Below, in pieces: positions 10,419-19,760 of a stretch of DNA of 64,000 nt (position 1 is its first letter; each line of letters opens with the position of its first letter). The notes under the pieces were generated by a model. That model was not told the DNA's origin. It did not search any database and saw only the letters and a list, made by a program, of their open reading frames with translations. Source of the stretch: Verrucomicrobiota bacterium (lineage in GTDB: Bacteria; Verrucomicrobiota; Verrucomicrobiia; Chthoniobacterales; JAFAMB01); contig JAFAZK010000280.1 of NCBI GenBank assembly GCA_019239825.1, positions 12,563-76,562 on the forward strand, written 5' to 3'. A program made the position numbers and the translations under genes.

Positions 10419-10733
10419 TTAGAGGTCGATCGATCCAATTTTAACGCGAGTCAGTTGGCGTCGATGGCCCACCGTCCGATGATACCCTTTTCGACGCCGA
10501 TACTTGAATGCGATCACCTTTTTATCCTTAAACTGCTCCACTACTTCCCCGGAAACTTTGGCTCCGTCGATCAGAGGAGCACCCAGGGTTACTGTATCAC
10601 CATCACAATGAAGCACAACTTCAGCGAATGTGATCTTGTCGCCGGTTTGACCGGAAAGTTTTTCGACGGCCACCGTTTCGCCGGGGGCGACCCGATACTG
10701 TTTATTCCCTGAACGGATGATTGCGTATGCCAT
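10419..10733 (-). CDS. rplU: 50S ribosomal protein L21
   Basis: MAYAIIRSGNKQYRV...GHRRQLT; start trimmed to the conserved Met. Confidence 0.97.
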   Translation of the reverse strand: MAYAIIRSGNKQYRVAPGETVAVEKLSGQTGDKITFAEVVLHCDGDTVTLGAPLIDGAKVSGEVVEQFKDKKVIAFKYRRRKGYHRTVGHRRQLTRVKIGSIDL

Positions 10734-10820
10734 GGCGACGAGCTGGTAAAGACCCGGAAAGTGGCATGGTGGAGTAGGAGACGCAAATAAAATTTGTCGC
10801 GATTTCGCCCCGCCGGGCAT

Positions 10821-11280
10821 TGAAGGGGAGCCGCTTTTCAACGTTGCCTGTCACCTGAGCCGATTGCGCAAATAACTGTCGCATTTTTTGAGGCGTTGCC
10901 TAGCAGGTGGCTCCCGGAAACGTCTCATCGCGCGGTTTGACCGTGTCGTGATCGGAAACAAAAGGGATTGCGATGGGGCCATGGCAGGGTCGCGAGCCGT
11001 CCTCTGGAGGGGAGCCGCTTTTGACCGTCCCCGTAACCTGACTTGATCGCGCAAACACGCGTCGCATGGCATGTCGTTGTCTAGCAGGCGGCTCCCGGAA
11101 ACGTCTCATCGCGCGGTTTGACCGTGTCGTGATCGGAAACAAGAGGGATTGCGATGGAGCCATGGCAGCGTCCCGAACCGTTCGCGGGAGCCGCCTGCTA
11201 GACAACGCCGACCTAGCAACCACGGGGTTCCAGGAATATGTGTGCAAACAGGGTCCGGGCACAAGCGGCTCCCCTCCAGG
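10821..11280. repeat. Nested-palindrome element family A, copy 1, with internal 181-bp tandem duplication
   Basis: GGAGGGGAGCCGCT...GGCGGCTCCC...GGGAGCCGCC...AGCGGCTCCCCTCC; block at 10900 repeated at 11081. Confidence 0.85.
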
Positions 11281-11286
11281 TCGCGC

Positions 11287-12162
11287 TCAATAATCCCTTT
11301 CCAACAAATGATCAGCCATCCCGAGAAGCACCTCGGCTCTTTTACCAAAGGGGCGCAGCGCTTCTCGCGCTTCTCTGGTTAATTTTTGGGCGATCTTGCG
11401 GGATTTCTCTAGCCCGACCACGGCAGGAAAGGTCGCTTTTTCCGCGGCAATATCTTTTCCAGCGCTTTTTCCCAGTTTTTCTGTGGTTTGGGTGACATCA
11501 AGGATGTCGTCGATGACTTGAAAAGCCAGTCCCAGCGACCGGCCGAAATCGGAAAGATTGCGGAGCTGAGCCGGCGTGGCGTTGGCGCTCATTGCGCCGA
11601 GCCGGATGCAAGACCGCAACAGGGCTGCGGTTTTTGATTCATGGATAAAATTGAGGAGCGACTGCGATATCTTTTTTCCTTCACTTTCCAGATCGACGAC
11701 TTGACCGGCGACGAGGCGCCGGCTGCCGGCAGCGACCGCTAACTCTTGAACGATTTCCCGAACAGGATACCGCGGCCATCCCTGCGCTAACGTCAGCAGC
11801 TCAAACGCGAAAGTGAGGAGCGCATCACCGGCCAGGACAGCGATCCCCTCGCCGAAAACTTTATGCGAGGTGGGAACGCCACGCCGAAAGTCGTCATCGT
11901 CCATACAGGGTAGATCATCGTGGATGAGCGAGTAAGTGTGCACACACTCGACGGCGCAGGCCAAAGGCATGGCAGCTTCCACCGAGCCGCCGCAGCATTC
12001 GGCGGCTGCCAGGGAGAGGATCGGTCGTAATCGTTTGCCGCCAGCAAATACGCTGTAGCGCATTGCCTTGTGAATGGTTTTGGGCTTTAGGGTAGCCTTT
12101 GGCAGCAATCGATCGAGAGCCTCATCGACGAGCTTCTGGCGAGCAGCGAGGTATTCTTTCAT
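11287..12162 (-). CDS. ispA: Polyprenyl (farnesyl/geranylgeranyl) diphosphate synthase
   Basis: GGKRLRP, DDLPCMDDDDFRRG (FARM), FQVIDDILD (SARM). Confidence 0.9.
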   Translation of the reverse strand: MKEYLAARQKLVDEALDRLLPKATLKPKTIHKAMRYSVFAGGKRLRPILSLAAAECCGGSVEAAMPLACAVECVHTYSLIHDDLPCMDDDDFRRGVPTSHKVFGEGIAVLAGDALLTFAFELLTLAQGWPRYPVREIVQELAVAAGSRRLVAGQVVDLESEGKKISQSLLNFIHESKTAALLRSCIRLGAMSANATPAQLRNLSDFGRSLGLAFQVIDDILDVTQTTEKLGKSAGKDIAAEKATFPAVVGLEKSRKIAQKLTREAREALRPFGKRAEVLLGMADHLLERDY

Positions 12163-12166
12163 CGTA

Positions 12167-13795
12167 TCAGCGCAGATAACGCTGGGCGATAGGCATACGC
12201 CAGCCCATACCAAATGCCAAGCTGGTGACCCTCAATCCTGGCGCCGCCTGGCGCCGCTTGTATTCGTTCGAGTCGACGTGACGTTGAATCCAGCGAACAG
12301 TCTCTGCCGGGTAACCTTTCGCGACGATATCCTCCGGGCTAAGCAGTTCTTCGACATAAAGCTGTAGAACCGCGTCGAGGACCTCGTACGGTGGCAGCGT
12401 GTCTTGATCTGTCTGGTTCAATTTCAGCTCTGCACTTGGGGCTTTGGTAATTGAGTTTGCGGGGATAATCTCGCGTTCCCGGTTAATCCATTTGGCCAGC
12501 CGATAGATCATGGTCTTGGGTACATCGCTGATCACCGCTAGTCCGCCGCACATGTCGCCGTAGATCGTGCAGTAACCGACTGAGAGCTCGCTTTTGTTTC
12601 CGGTCGTCAGGAGCAAATGACCAAACTTATTCGAAAGAGCCATCAGGGTCAGGCCACGGAGGCGCGACTGCATGTTCTCTTCCGTAGTGTCTTCCCGTTT
12701 ACCCGCGAAGACTTCCTTGAACTGGCCTTTCAAAATTTCGAAAGGCTCTTTGATCGGCAAGACATGCCGTTGGATCCCCAGGTTAGCGGCCAGCCCTTCC
12801 GCATCATCCAGGCTGCCCTGGGATGAATACTGGCTAGGCATGGAAACGGCCGTGACGTTTTCGCGACCCAGAGCCTCCGCTGCGATCACGGCGGTTACCG
12901 CGGAGTCAATCCCGCCGCTGAGACCGAGTACCGCTGTCCTAAAGCCGCATTTCAGAAAATAATCGCGAACGCCCAGCACCAACGCCCGATAAACTTCTTC
13001 TTCGGGAGATTGGTCGACAAATCGATTTCCGGGCGGATTAGCGTTTCGGACCGCAACCTCTTCGTGAAATGCAGCCAAACTTGCAACCGTTTGCCCGTTC
13101 GCATCAATGACGAACGAATTACCGTCGAAAATCAGCTGATCATTTCCGCCGATGGCGTTGCAATAAAAGAAGGGGACTTTGAACTTAGTCGCCAATTCGC
13201 TGACCATCTCGATACGGAGCGCGGCCTTACCCACATGGAAGGGTGAAGAGCTAAGATTGACGATCAGATCCGCTCCCTGAGCAACCAAATTTGCTACCGG
13301 ATCCTGATGGTAGAGCTCTCTTTTCAGGAATCTTTCGGTCCAGATATCCTCGCAGATGGTGATGCCCACACGACGGCCAGCGAGCTCGAAGGGTTCCTGA
13401 TGGGTAGCCGGTTCGAAATACCGGCCCTCGTCGAAAACGTCGTAGGTTGGCAATCTGGTCTTAAAAACCTTTCGGATGGGCTGTCCTTGCTGAAGAATCG
13501 CGCAAGCATTTACGAACGGTTTGCCGGTTGGGCTCGGATTAAAGTCCACATAGCCGACCAGCAACGGAACTGGTCCAACGCGTCGATGCAGGTTGGTAAT
13601 TCCTTCCCAGGTTTCGGGCACGAAGCGAGATTTAAAAACCAGATCCTGAGGAGGATATCCGGTTAAAGCCAGCTCCGGGGTTAACACTAAGTCAGCGCCA
13701 GCCGAGACAGCCTTGATGTATGCCTCAAATATTTTGTCGAAGTTCTGTTTTAGAGCTCCAACGGTCGTATTAATCTGAGCAAAACCGACCTGCAT
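12167..13795 (-). CDS. nadE: Glutamine-dependent NAD+ synthetase
   Basis: N-terminal nitrilase domain (PEL, ICED) plus SGGIDS synthetase domain. Confidence 0.93.
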   Translation of the reverse strand: MQVGFAQINTTVGALKQNFDKIFEAYIKAVSAGADLVLTPELALTGYPPQDLVFKSRFVPETWEGITNLHRRVGPVPLLVGYVDFNPSPTGKPFVNACAILQQGQPIRKVFKTRLPTYDVFDEGRYFEPATHQEPFELAGRRVGITICEDIWTERFLKRELYHQDPVANLVAQGADLIVNLSSSPFHVGKAALRIEMVSELATKFKVPFFYCNAIGGNDQLIFDGNSFVIDANGQTVASLAAFHEEVAVRNANPPGNRFVDQSPEEEVYRALVLGVRDYFLKCGFRTAVLGLSGGIDSAVTAVIAAEALGRENVTAVSMPSQYSSQGSLDDAEGLAANLGIQRHVLPIKEPFEILKGQFKEVFAGKREDTTEENMQSRLRGLTLMALSNKFGHLLLTTGNKSELSVGYCTIYGDMCGGLAVISDVPKTMIYRLAKWINREREIIPANSITKAPSAELKLNQTDQDTLPPYEVLDAVLQLYVEELLSPEDIVAKGYPAETVRWIQRHVDSNEYKRRQAAPGLRVTSLAFGMGWRMPIAQRYLR

Positions 13796-13807
13796 ATAGA
13801 GAACATA

Positions 13808-14518
13808 TTATGAGGGTTGGTTTAATGCTTGAAGAATTTCGGGGTCGCGCACATCCGCCCACGAGCCTTTGATCTCGATGCCTGTTATCTTGAGACCCGC
13901 CTTGGCCGTTGCCCGAATCGCATCCGTCAGTTCGTATTCGCCTCTAGGTGATTTCTCTAGCTTGTCGATGAATGGGAAAATCGACGGTCGAAAAGCATAA
14001 AGACCGGCGTTGTACCAGTGGGTCTCTATCCCGTCGGCGTCCTGCTTTTCGCGCAGATCAATCAGCCGAAAATTTTCGTCCAGATAGACGGCGCCACCCT
14101 TGGAAACGTCGTGCAAGTACTTGACCGCGATCAACATTTCCTCGTCACCCAGGTCTCTGAGTTTTCGGTATATCTCTGGCTGTACCAAGATATCGCCGTA
14201 AATGAGCAGAAAGGGATGGTCGCGGGAGAACGGCTTGGCCAGGCTGACGACTCGGCCGGTGCCGTCCTGAGTCACCTGCTCGACATACTCAACGTGCAAT
14301 CCGACCTTCTGCCCGTCACCAAAATAATCTTGGATCGCTTCTTTTCGGTAGCCGACGACGATCAAAACGTCTTCGATATCAGCCGAGCGTAATCCATCCA
14401 GGATATGATGCAGGATGGGTTTCCCGTGGACCTCGACCATCGGTTTGGGAACCTCGTTCGTGAGTTCCCGCATCCGGGTCCCACGTCCTGCGGCTAGGAT
14501 GACGGCTTTGGTGATCAT
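13808..14518 (-). CDS. Sugar-phosphate nucleotidyltransferase
   Basis: ILAAGRGTRM...PKPM, SPRGEYELTDA. Confidence 0.85.
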   Translation of the reverse strand: MITKAVILAAGRGTRMRELTNEVPKPMVEVHGKPILHHILDGLRSADIEDVLIVVGYRKEAIQDYFGDGQKVGLHVEYVEQVTQDGTGRVVSLAKPFSRDHPFLLIYGDILVQPEIYRKLRDLGDEEMLIAVKYLHDVSKGGAVYLDENFRLIDLREKQDADGIETHWYNAGLYAFRPSIFPFIDKLEKSPRGEYELTDAIRATAKAGLKITGIEIKGSWADVRDPEILQALNQPS

Positions 14519-14752
14519 GTGCAGAACGCAGTCGAGAAATGAACGGAGTTATTGGAGTTCTGGGGTGTTGGAGTATTGCGCTTTGTCAGAATTGCACCCC
14601 GCATCCGCGGGGTTGGGAGTGCTTTCAGGGTACATCGTCAAAAATCGCTTAACCGGCAGCTAAGACCCTGGAGCTTTGATCTTTTGCCCTCTCGGAGCAT
14701 GCGACATCCATTAACCCCATTACTCCAGCACTCCGATACTCCATCCCTCCGT

Positions 14753-15940
14753 TTATTCTGCCCCGAGCTTTTGCACGTACGTCTCGATCCGGTTCATCGC
14801 CTCTTGGAGCTTTACTAGGCTAGTGGCGAAACAGCAGCGCGCGAAGCCTTCCCCGGATTCCCCAAAGGCGCTTCCCGGTACGACGGCAACCTTCATCTCT
14901 TTCAAAAGACCTAAACAGAACTCGAGGCTCGTCCGCTTGGTCGGGCGAATATCCGGAAACACGTAAAAAGCGCCTTTCGGCGAATGGCAGGGCAATCCGA
15001 TCTCGTTTAACCGGCTAACCACGAGATTTCGCCGGCGCTGATAATCGTTCCGCATTTCTTCCACTTCTCTGGCGCAATTATCCAGAGCTTCAATGGCCGC
15101 CTCCTGTGACATGATTGAAGCGCACATAATGGCGTATTGATGAACCTTCATCATCGCCTCAATGATCGGGGCAGGCGCGCAGGCGTAACCAACGCGAAAT
15201 CCGGTCATAGCGAAGGATTTGGAGCAACCGTTCAGCAGAATCGTTCGCTCGCGCATTCCAGGTAGACTGGCGAGAGAAACATGCTGGACTCCGTCATAGG
15301 TTAACTCAGAGTAAATCTCGTCTGCCAACACGATGATGTCATGCTGGCGGCAAACTGCGGCGATCGAACGGAGTTCCTCAAATGATAAAACGCCGCCGGT
15401 CGGATTTGTCGGGAAGCTAAGCAACAAAGCCTTAGTGCGGGGAGTGATCTTCGACTCAAGATCGGTCGCTGACAGGCTGAAGCCATTCTCGGCACGAGTA
15501 GAGACGGAAACCGGTTTGCCCCCGGCCAAGACAATGCTCGGGTTGTACGACACGTAACTTGGCTCGTGATAGATGATCTCGTCACCTGGATTCACGATTG
15601 CTCGCAGAGCTAGATCGAGTGCTTCGGAGACACCAACGGTTACCAGCACTTCACGCTTCGCATCGTAATCGACGTGGTACCGCCGCGAAAGATACGAAGC
15701 GATGGACTCTCGGAGCCGAGGCAAACCGAGATTCGACGTGTAGCCGGTTTTTCCCTTCTCCATCGCAAAGATTGCCGCCTCGCGAATTCGCCAAGGAGTA
15801 ACGTAGTCCGGTTCGCCGATTCCGAGCGAAATGACATCGGTCATCGATTGGACCACCTCGAAAAAGTCCCTGATACCGGACTTTGGGATGGCCGAAACTT
15901 GATCCGCGATGAATCTGGAAAAATCCTGAGGAGGATTCAT
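14753..15940 (-). CDS. PLP-dependent aminotransferase class I/II
   Basis: PTNPTG, DEIY, SKSFAMTGFRVG; coupled to an Lrp gene as in B. subtilis yugG-yugH. Confidence 0.9.
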   Translation of the reverse strand: MNPPQDFSRFIADQVSAIPKSGIRDFFEVVQSMTDVISLGIGEPDYVTPWRIREAAIFAMEKGKTGYTSNLGLPRLRESIASYLSRRYHVDYDAKREVLVTVGVSEALDLALRAIVNPGDEIIYHEPSYVSYNPSIVLAGGKPVSVSTRAENGFSLSATDLESKITPRTKALLLSFPTNPTGGVLSFEELRSIAAVCRQHDIIVLADEIYSELTYDGVQHVSLASLPGMRERTILLNGCSKSFAMTGFRVGYACAPAPIIEAMMKVHQYAIMCASIMSQEAAIEALDNCAREVEEMRNDYQRRRNLVVSRLNEIGLPCHSPKGAFYVFPDIRPTKRTSLEFCLGLLKEMKVAVVPGSAFGESGEGFARCCFATSLVKLQEAMNRIETYVQKLGAE

Positions 15941-16416
15941 GGCGTAACCGGCAATCGCTCAACGGGAGGCGGTTCACTGAGCAGTACTCCGTTTTGTTTG
16001 TAAGTCTTCAATCGGAAACGAGTGGCTGTGGCAATCACGCCTTCTACGGTGCTTAGCTTCTCCGAAACGAAATGGGCGATCTGCCTCAGGTTTCCTCCTT
16101 CCACGATAACCGCTAGATCGTAGCCACCACTCATTAGCCAGCAACTTTTTACTTCGTCAAATCGGGCAATACGTTGGGCCAGGCGATCGAACCCGCCACC
16201 TCGTTCCGGTGTGATCCGCACTTCGATATAAGCGGTGACGGCATCGACATCGAGCTTCTCTGGGTCGACGACCGCTTGATAAGCCAGGATAACGCCGTTC
16301 TTCTCGTAGTCGGCGATCTTCTGCTGAATTTCGGGAATTGGCAGTCCGAGGAGTTTACTTAGTTCGCTGAGAGACAGTTTTGAGTTCTGCTGCAGAAGTT
16401 CGAGCAAATGGTCCAT
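15937..16416 (-). CDS. Lrp/AsnC family transcriptional regulator
   Basis: N-terminal HTH, C-terminal RAM domain (MSGGYDL). Confidence 0.9.
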   Translation of the reverse strand: MDHLLELLQQNSKLSLSELSKLLGLPIPEIQQKIADYEKNGVILAYQAVVDPEKLDVDAVTAYIEVRITPERGGGFDRLAQRIARFDEVKSCWLMSGGYDLAVIVEGGNLRQIAHFVSEKLSTVEGVIATATRFRLKTYKQNGVLLSEPPPVERLPVTP

Positions 16417-16469
16417 TGATGAGTGGCAGGTCGACGGGAGGTTAAGGCGCTAAGGGGTGTTGGCTCAAA

Positions 16470-16620
16470 AGTAATCAGTAACCAGGAAGCAGTAATCAGT
16501 AGTTTCGACCGCTGCCCAAAGCCCTCGGACGAAGCTTCTCGGCCGTTTGCTGATGATAGAATGGACTGATTACTGACACACTGCTTACCGCTTACTGCTT
16601 ACTGCTTACTGGTTACTGGT
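16470..16620. repeat. Inverted pair of degenerate heptamer tandem repeats
   Basis: agtaatc/agtaacc units on the left, ttactgc/ttactgg units on the right. Confidence 0.7.
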
Positions 16621-16627
16621 CACGGCC

Positions 16628-17710
16628 CTATTGGTCCCCAAAACTAATATCCACGGACCGCGCCATTTCTACCAGCTGGTTGTTTGGATCGACCACGCGC
16701 AGCTGGTGGACTGCGTCTGCGATAGGTACATCAGCAATCTCGTAATGTTGGTAGCTCACCATCCGGCCGAATTTTTCTTCCTGGATCAGATTCACTGCTT
16801 TCACGCCGAAACGCGTTGCCAGGATCCGATCGAGTGGACCTGGGGTCCCGCCGCGCTGCAAATGCCCCAGAATGCAGTAGCGAGTCTCTTTCCCGGTACG
16901 TTCCGCTATTTGCTGGGCTACGATCTCGCCGACTCCTCCAAAATGATGTTCAGCGCCCTGTTTCGCCTGGTAGTGCTGGATGCCGTCTTTGGGGCGAGCG
17001 CCTTCCGCCACGACGATCATGGTGCTTTGGTAGCCGTCTGCGTCGCGCCTACGGACGACGTCCGCAACTTTTTCCCAGTCGAACGGGATCTCCGGTAGCA
17101 AAACAATATCGGCGCCTCCGCTGATTCCGCCGTGAAGAGCAATCCAACCGGCATGCCGCCCCATTACCTCGAGCACCATCGCCCGCTTATGACTGGCCGC
17201 AGTCGAGTGCAGACGATCGAGTGCATCCGTTACGCAGCTAACCGCTGAGTAAAAACCGAACGTCATCGCCGTCGCTTCCAAGTCGTTGTCGATCGTTTTC
17301 GGTACGCCGATCACGGAAAAGCCTTGTTCGTAAAGCTGGAGGGCGGTCGTCAAAGAACCGTCCCCACCCACCACAATCAGGCCCTCTATGCCAAGCTCTG
17401 CGAGGGTCGCCCGAGCGCTCTCGATTACCTCTTTTGGCACCGTCGTTTTTTCGCCGCTGCCGACTTTGGCAACAAAATGTCCTTTGTTCGTGGTACCGAG
17501 GATCGTGCCGCCCAGTTGCATGATTCCGGCGGTCGTGGCCCGGTCGAGGATTGAATACTGGCAGGGAGGAAGCAACCCTTCGAACCCATCTCGAAAACCG
17601 ATAACTTGCCAGTTCAGTTTTTCCGCTGCCTTGGTAACGCCGCGGAGCACGGCATTTAAGCCGGGACAGTCTCCACCGCTTGTCAGTATGCCGATTCTCC
17701 TCTGGTACAT
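16628..17710 (-). CDS. pfkA: 6-phosphofructokinase (group III type)
   Basis: TSGGDCPGLN, GGDGS, PKTIDND, EVMGRHAG, LGHLQRGG. Confidence 0.93.
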   Translation of the reverse strand: MYQRRIGILTSGGDCPGLNAVLRGVTKAAEKLNWQVIGFRDGFEGLLPPCQYSILDRATTAGIMQLGGTILGTTNKGHFVAKVGSGEKTTVPKEVIESARATLAELGIEGLIVVGGDGSLTTALQLYEQGFSVIGVPKTIDNDLEATAMTFGFYSAVSCVTDALDRLHSTAASHKRAMVLEVMGRHAGWIALHGGISGGADIVLLPEIPFDWEKVADVVRRRDADGYQSTMIVVAEGARPKDGIQHYQAKQGAEHHFGGVGEIVAQQIAERTGKETRYCILGHLQRGGTPGPLDRILATRFGVKAVNLIQEEKFGRMVSYQHYEIADVPIADAVHQLRVVDPNNQLVEMARSVDISFGDQ

Positions 17711-17716
17711 AAGCAA

Positions 17717-18658
17717 TCAGTGCTTCGAAGTCTGTGTGGGTCTGCCGGCCGCGGCCCACTGGTCGTATAAACCCCAGGCTCTCCCTAAAAGTTGCTGCGC
17801 TACGGAAAACCGGTCGGCTGCTCCCAATATCACGATATCAACCCGCCGGGGAGTAACATAAGTCGTCTCGCCTTCTTTGCGAATCTCCGGGTCTCTTTGG
17901 GAAGACAGGGCGATACACTGCCCGGCCCTAGCCGTGGTACCGGTCTTAACGCCGTCGATTCCGTTGCTGCCCACTAATTCATTCGTGTTTCGCAGCAAAT
18001 ATCCTAGGTTCTGGCCGCCGCGACTGAAATTGACCTTCCGTTCCTTTTGAGAGACGTAAAAACGAAAACCGGCGTCGTTCATCGCGTAAGCGACGAGCTT
18101 CACCACGTCGGCGGCCGTCGAGTAAGGCTGCGGCCCTTTCTCGGGTTCTATGCCGTCGGGATTCACGAAGAGCGTCTTTTCCATACCCAATTGACGGGCT
18201 AACGCATTCATTTGGGTAACGAAGGCTTCGGTGGCCCCGAGTTCGCTTAAGGATCCTGCTGCGCGCGCCCGCAGCGAAGCACCGACGGTATAGGCCAAGG
18301 CATAAGCGGCTGTCCCGTCGGACTCCATCATCGCGGAGTAAATGAGATCGCGATAGCTCATCTGATCGTCGGGCTGAAGCCCGATCGGATTAGTGCCATA
18401 TGGGCGAATTGCCTGGGGCGGAACGGAAATCAGTTGGCTTAGATCGGTCCCGGTGCTCGCTGCCCAATCCAAAACTACTTTGGCGGTCGCGATCTTGGTG
18501 AGGCTAGCGATCTGGCGTTTCTGATCGCCTTTATATGATTCAAGAATGTAACCGCTGGTATGATCCGCGAGAACGTAGGCGGCCGCCAACTGCGCCTTCA
18601 CCCCAATGGGCAATAAGGCTGCAACCAACAGAATAGAAGTCCGAACGAGTGCTACCAT
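17717..18658 (-). CDS. D-alanyl-D-alanine carboxypeptidase-like (peptidase S11), secreted
   Basis: Signal peptide, IASLTK (SxxK), MNALARQLGM, GVKTG. Confidence 0.85.
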   Translation of the reverse strand: MVALVRTSILLVAALLPIGVKAQLAAAYVLADHTSGYILESYKGDQKRQIASLTKIATAKVVLDWAASTGTDLSQLISVPPQAIRPYGTNPIGLQPDDQMSYRDLIYSAMMESDGTAAYALAYTVGASLRARAAGSLSELGATEAFVTQMNALARQLGMEKTLFVNPDGIEPEKGPQPYSTAADVVKLVAYAMNDAGFRFYVSQKERKVNFSRGGQNLGYLLRNTNELVGSNGIDGVKTGTTARAGQCIALSSQRDPEIRKEGETTYVTPRRVDIVILGAADRFSVAQQLLGRAWGLYDQWAAAGRPTQTSKH

Positions 18659-18709
18659 GGTGGAAATCGCGCTCAGTTTATGGAGGAGTTCGAGGAGTTC
18701 AAGGGCGCA

Positions 18710-18979
18710 TGGTAGGGCGAGGCTTCAGAAAGACCGAAAAAGGGTCGCAAGGCAAAATGACGGTTCGGTCTATCGCGAGCATCATCGCAGAGCGGCCGAG
18801 CCTTGGGTTGCGCATCCCCCGACTCCGACTTCGCCAGTTTTCCAGCTTTGACAGTTTGATGATCGAACACGGCTACGTCGGACACATCGGCAGCTTTTGG
18901 GTGTTTCGTGCTATATAGCGTCGAAACGCGATCTCGCGTTGCGGCCACCGTTAGCTCTTTCGGGAGCCTCGCCCTACCA
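18710..18979. repeat. REP/REPIN-like element family B, copy 2
   Basis: TGGTAGGGCGAGGCTTCAGAAAGA...TCTTTCGGGAGCCTCGCCCTACCA. Confidence 0.8.
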
Positions 18980-19024
18980 CCTCCACTTGGACTCCTTCGA
19001 GTAGTCATTTTGGCGCGAAGGTTG

Positions 19025-19474
19025 CTAAGTCGGGGCTGCCAGTTTTGGAGCATTGCTTGGGTTCCATGGGTTGGTTTTGAAATGGGCGTGTTCCAGAGCC
19101 CCGATTTGCGAATCGCAGAGGCCAAGGATTTGATCGACCTTTAGGCCGAGGTACTCCGAAGGGAACAGCTTCAGGTTTTTTTTGGCCAGTTTGAAGAGTC
19201 GCCAGGCCGGATGTAGCCGGCGACCGTCGGTGGGATGCAAAGGTCGGTGAAACTGTTTCTGTAAGTGCACGAATGCTCCCGCTAGTTGAATGAGCCCTTT
19301 GTAAAAAGCGGCTTCTGGCCCCTCAGTTTGGAGCCAGATGTGTTCCAATAAATCGTGCGCTTGGTAGTATTCCTGCCGATTAAAAAGCAAGAAATAGCCT
19401 CGGAAATAAACATCATCTTCATCCCCGATGGCGAGTTCGCGGGCCAAGGCTTCAATCCGATCTCCTTTCTTCAT
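19025..19474 (-). CDS. DUF309 family protein
   Basis: LFN..EYYQAHDLLEHIW, FYKGLIQLA pattern. Confidence 0.8.
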   Translation of the reverse strand: MKKGDRIEALARELAIGDEDDVYFRGYFLLFNRQEYYQAHDLLEHIWLQTEGPEAAFYKGLIQLAGAFVHLQKQFHRPLHPTDGRRLHPAWRLFKLAKKNLKLFPSEYLGLKVDQILGLCDSQIGALEHAHFKTNPWNPSNAPKLAAPT

Positions 19475-19760
19475 GCGTGACCTCTGATCCTAACCCAGCA
19501 GAACCACAGCTGAAAGCGTATCGTCAACCCTTCTGCTGGCGCCGGAGTGAGCGGACAGCAGCGCGGGTTCGCCGGCTTAATGTCCCTTTGAATAGGAACT
19601 TCACGGTTTATTTAAAGAGAGTTTGATCGGAAATTTCAAGAGTGCGGAATTTTTCTTGGTATCCTGACTAAGCAAACAGACAATGCGACAGATGCCTCTA
19701 GCCTGCAAAATGCAAAAATCAGCTGGTAGATTCAGAGGCCCGACAGCTGCTGTATGAGCA

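Noticed and set aside
10702-11348. Short ORFs with repeated RRFREPPA text (also near 31543, 35674, 62914)
   Set aside because: Translations of the family A palindromic element, not proteins.
16628-17710. Mixed GGDG/PKTIDND signature in pfkA
   Set aside because: Typical of group III phosphofructokinases; not unusual.
18673-19144. ORFs spanning the gap between the carboxypeptidase and DUF309
   Set aside because: Largely made of family B repeat sequence and overlapping DUF309.
19475-19760. Possible ncRNA in the divergent intergenic region
   Set aside because: I could not recognise any riboswitch, 6S, tmRNA or tRNA motif by eye; an Rfam/Infernal scan would be needed.
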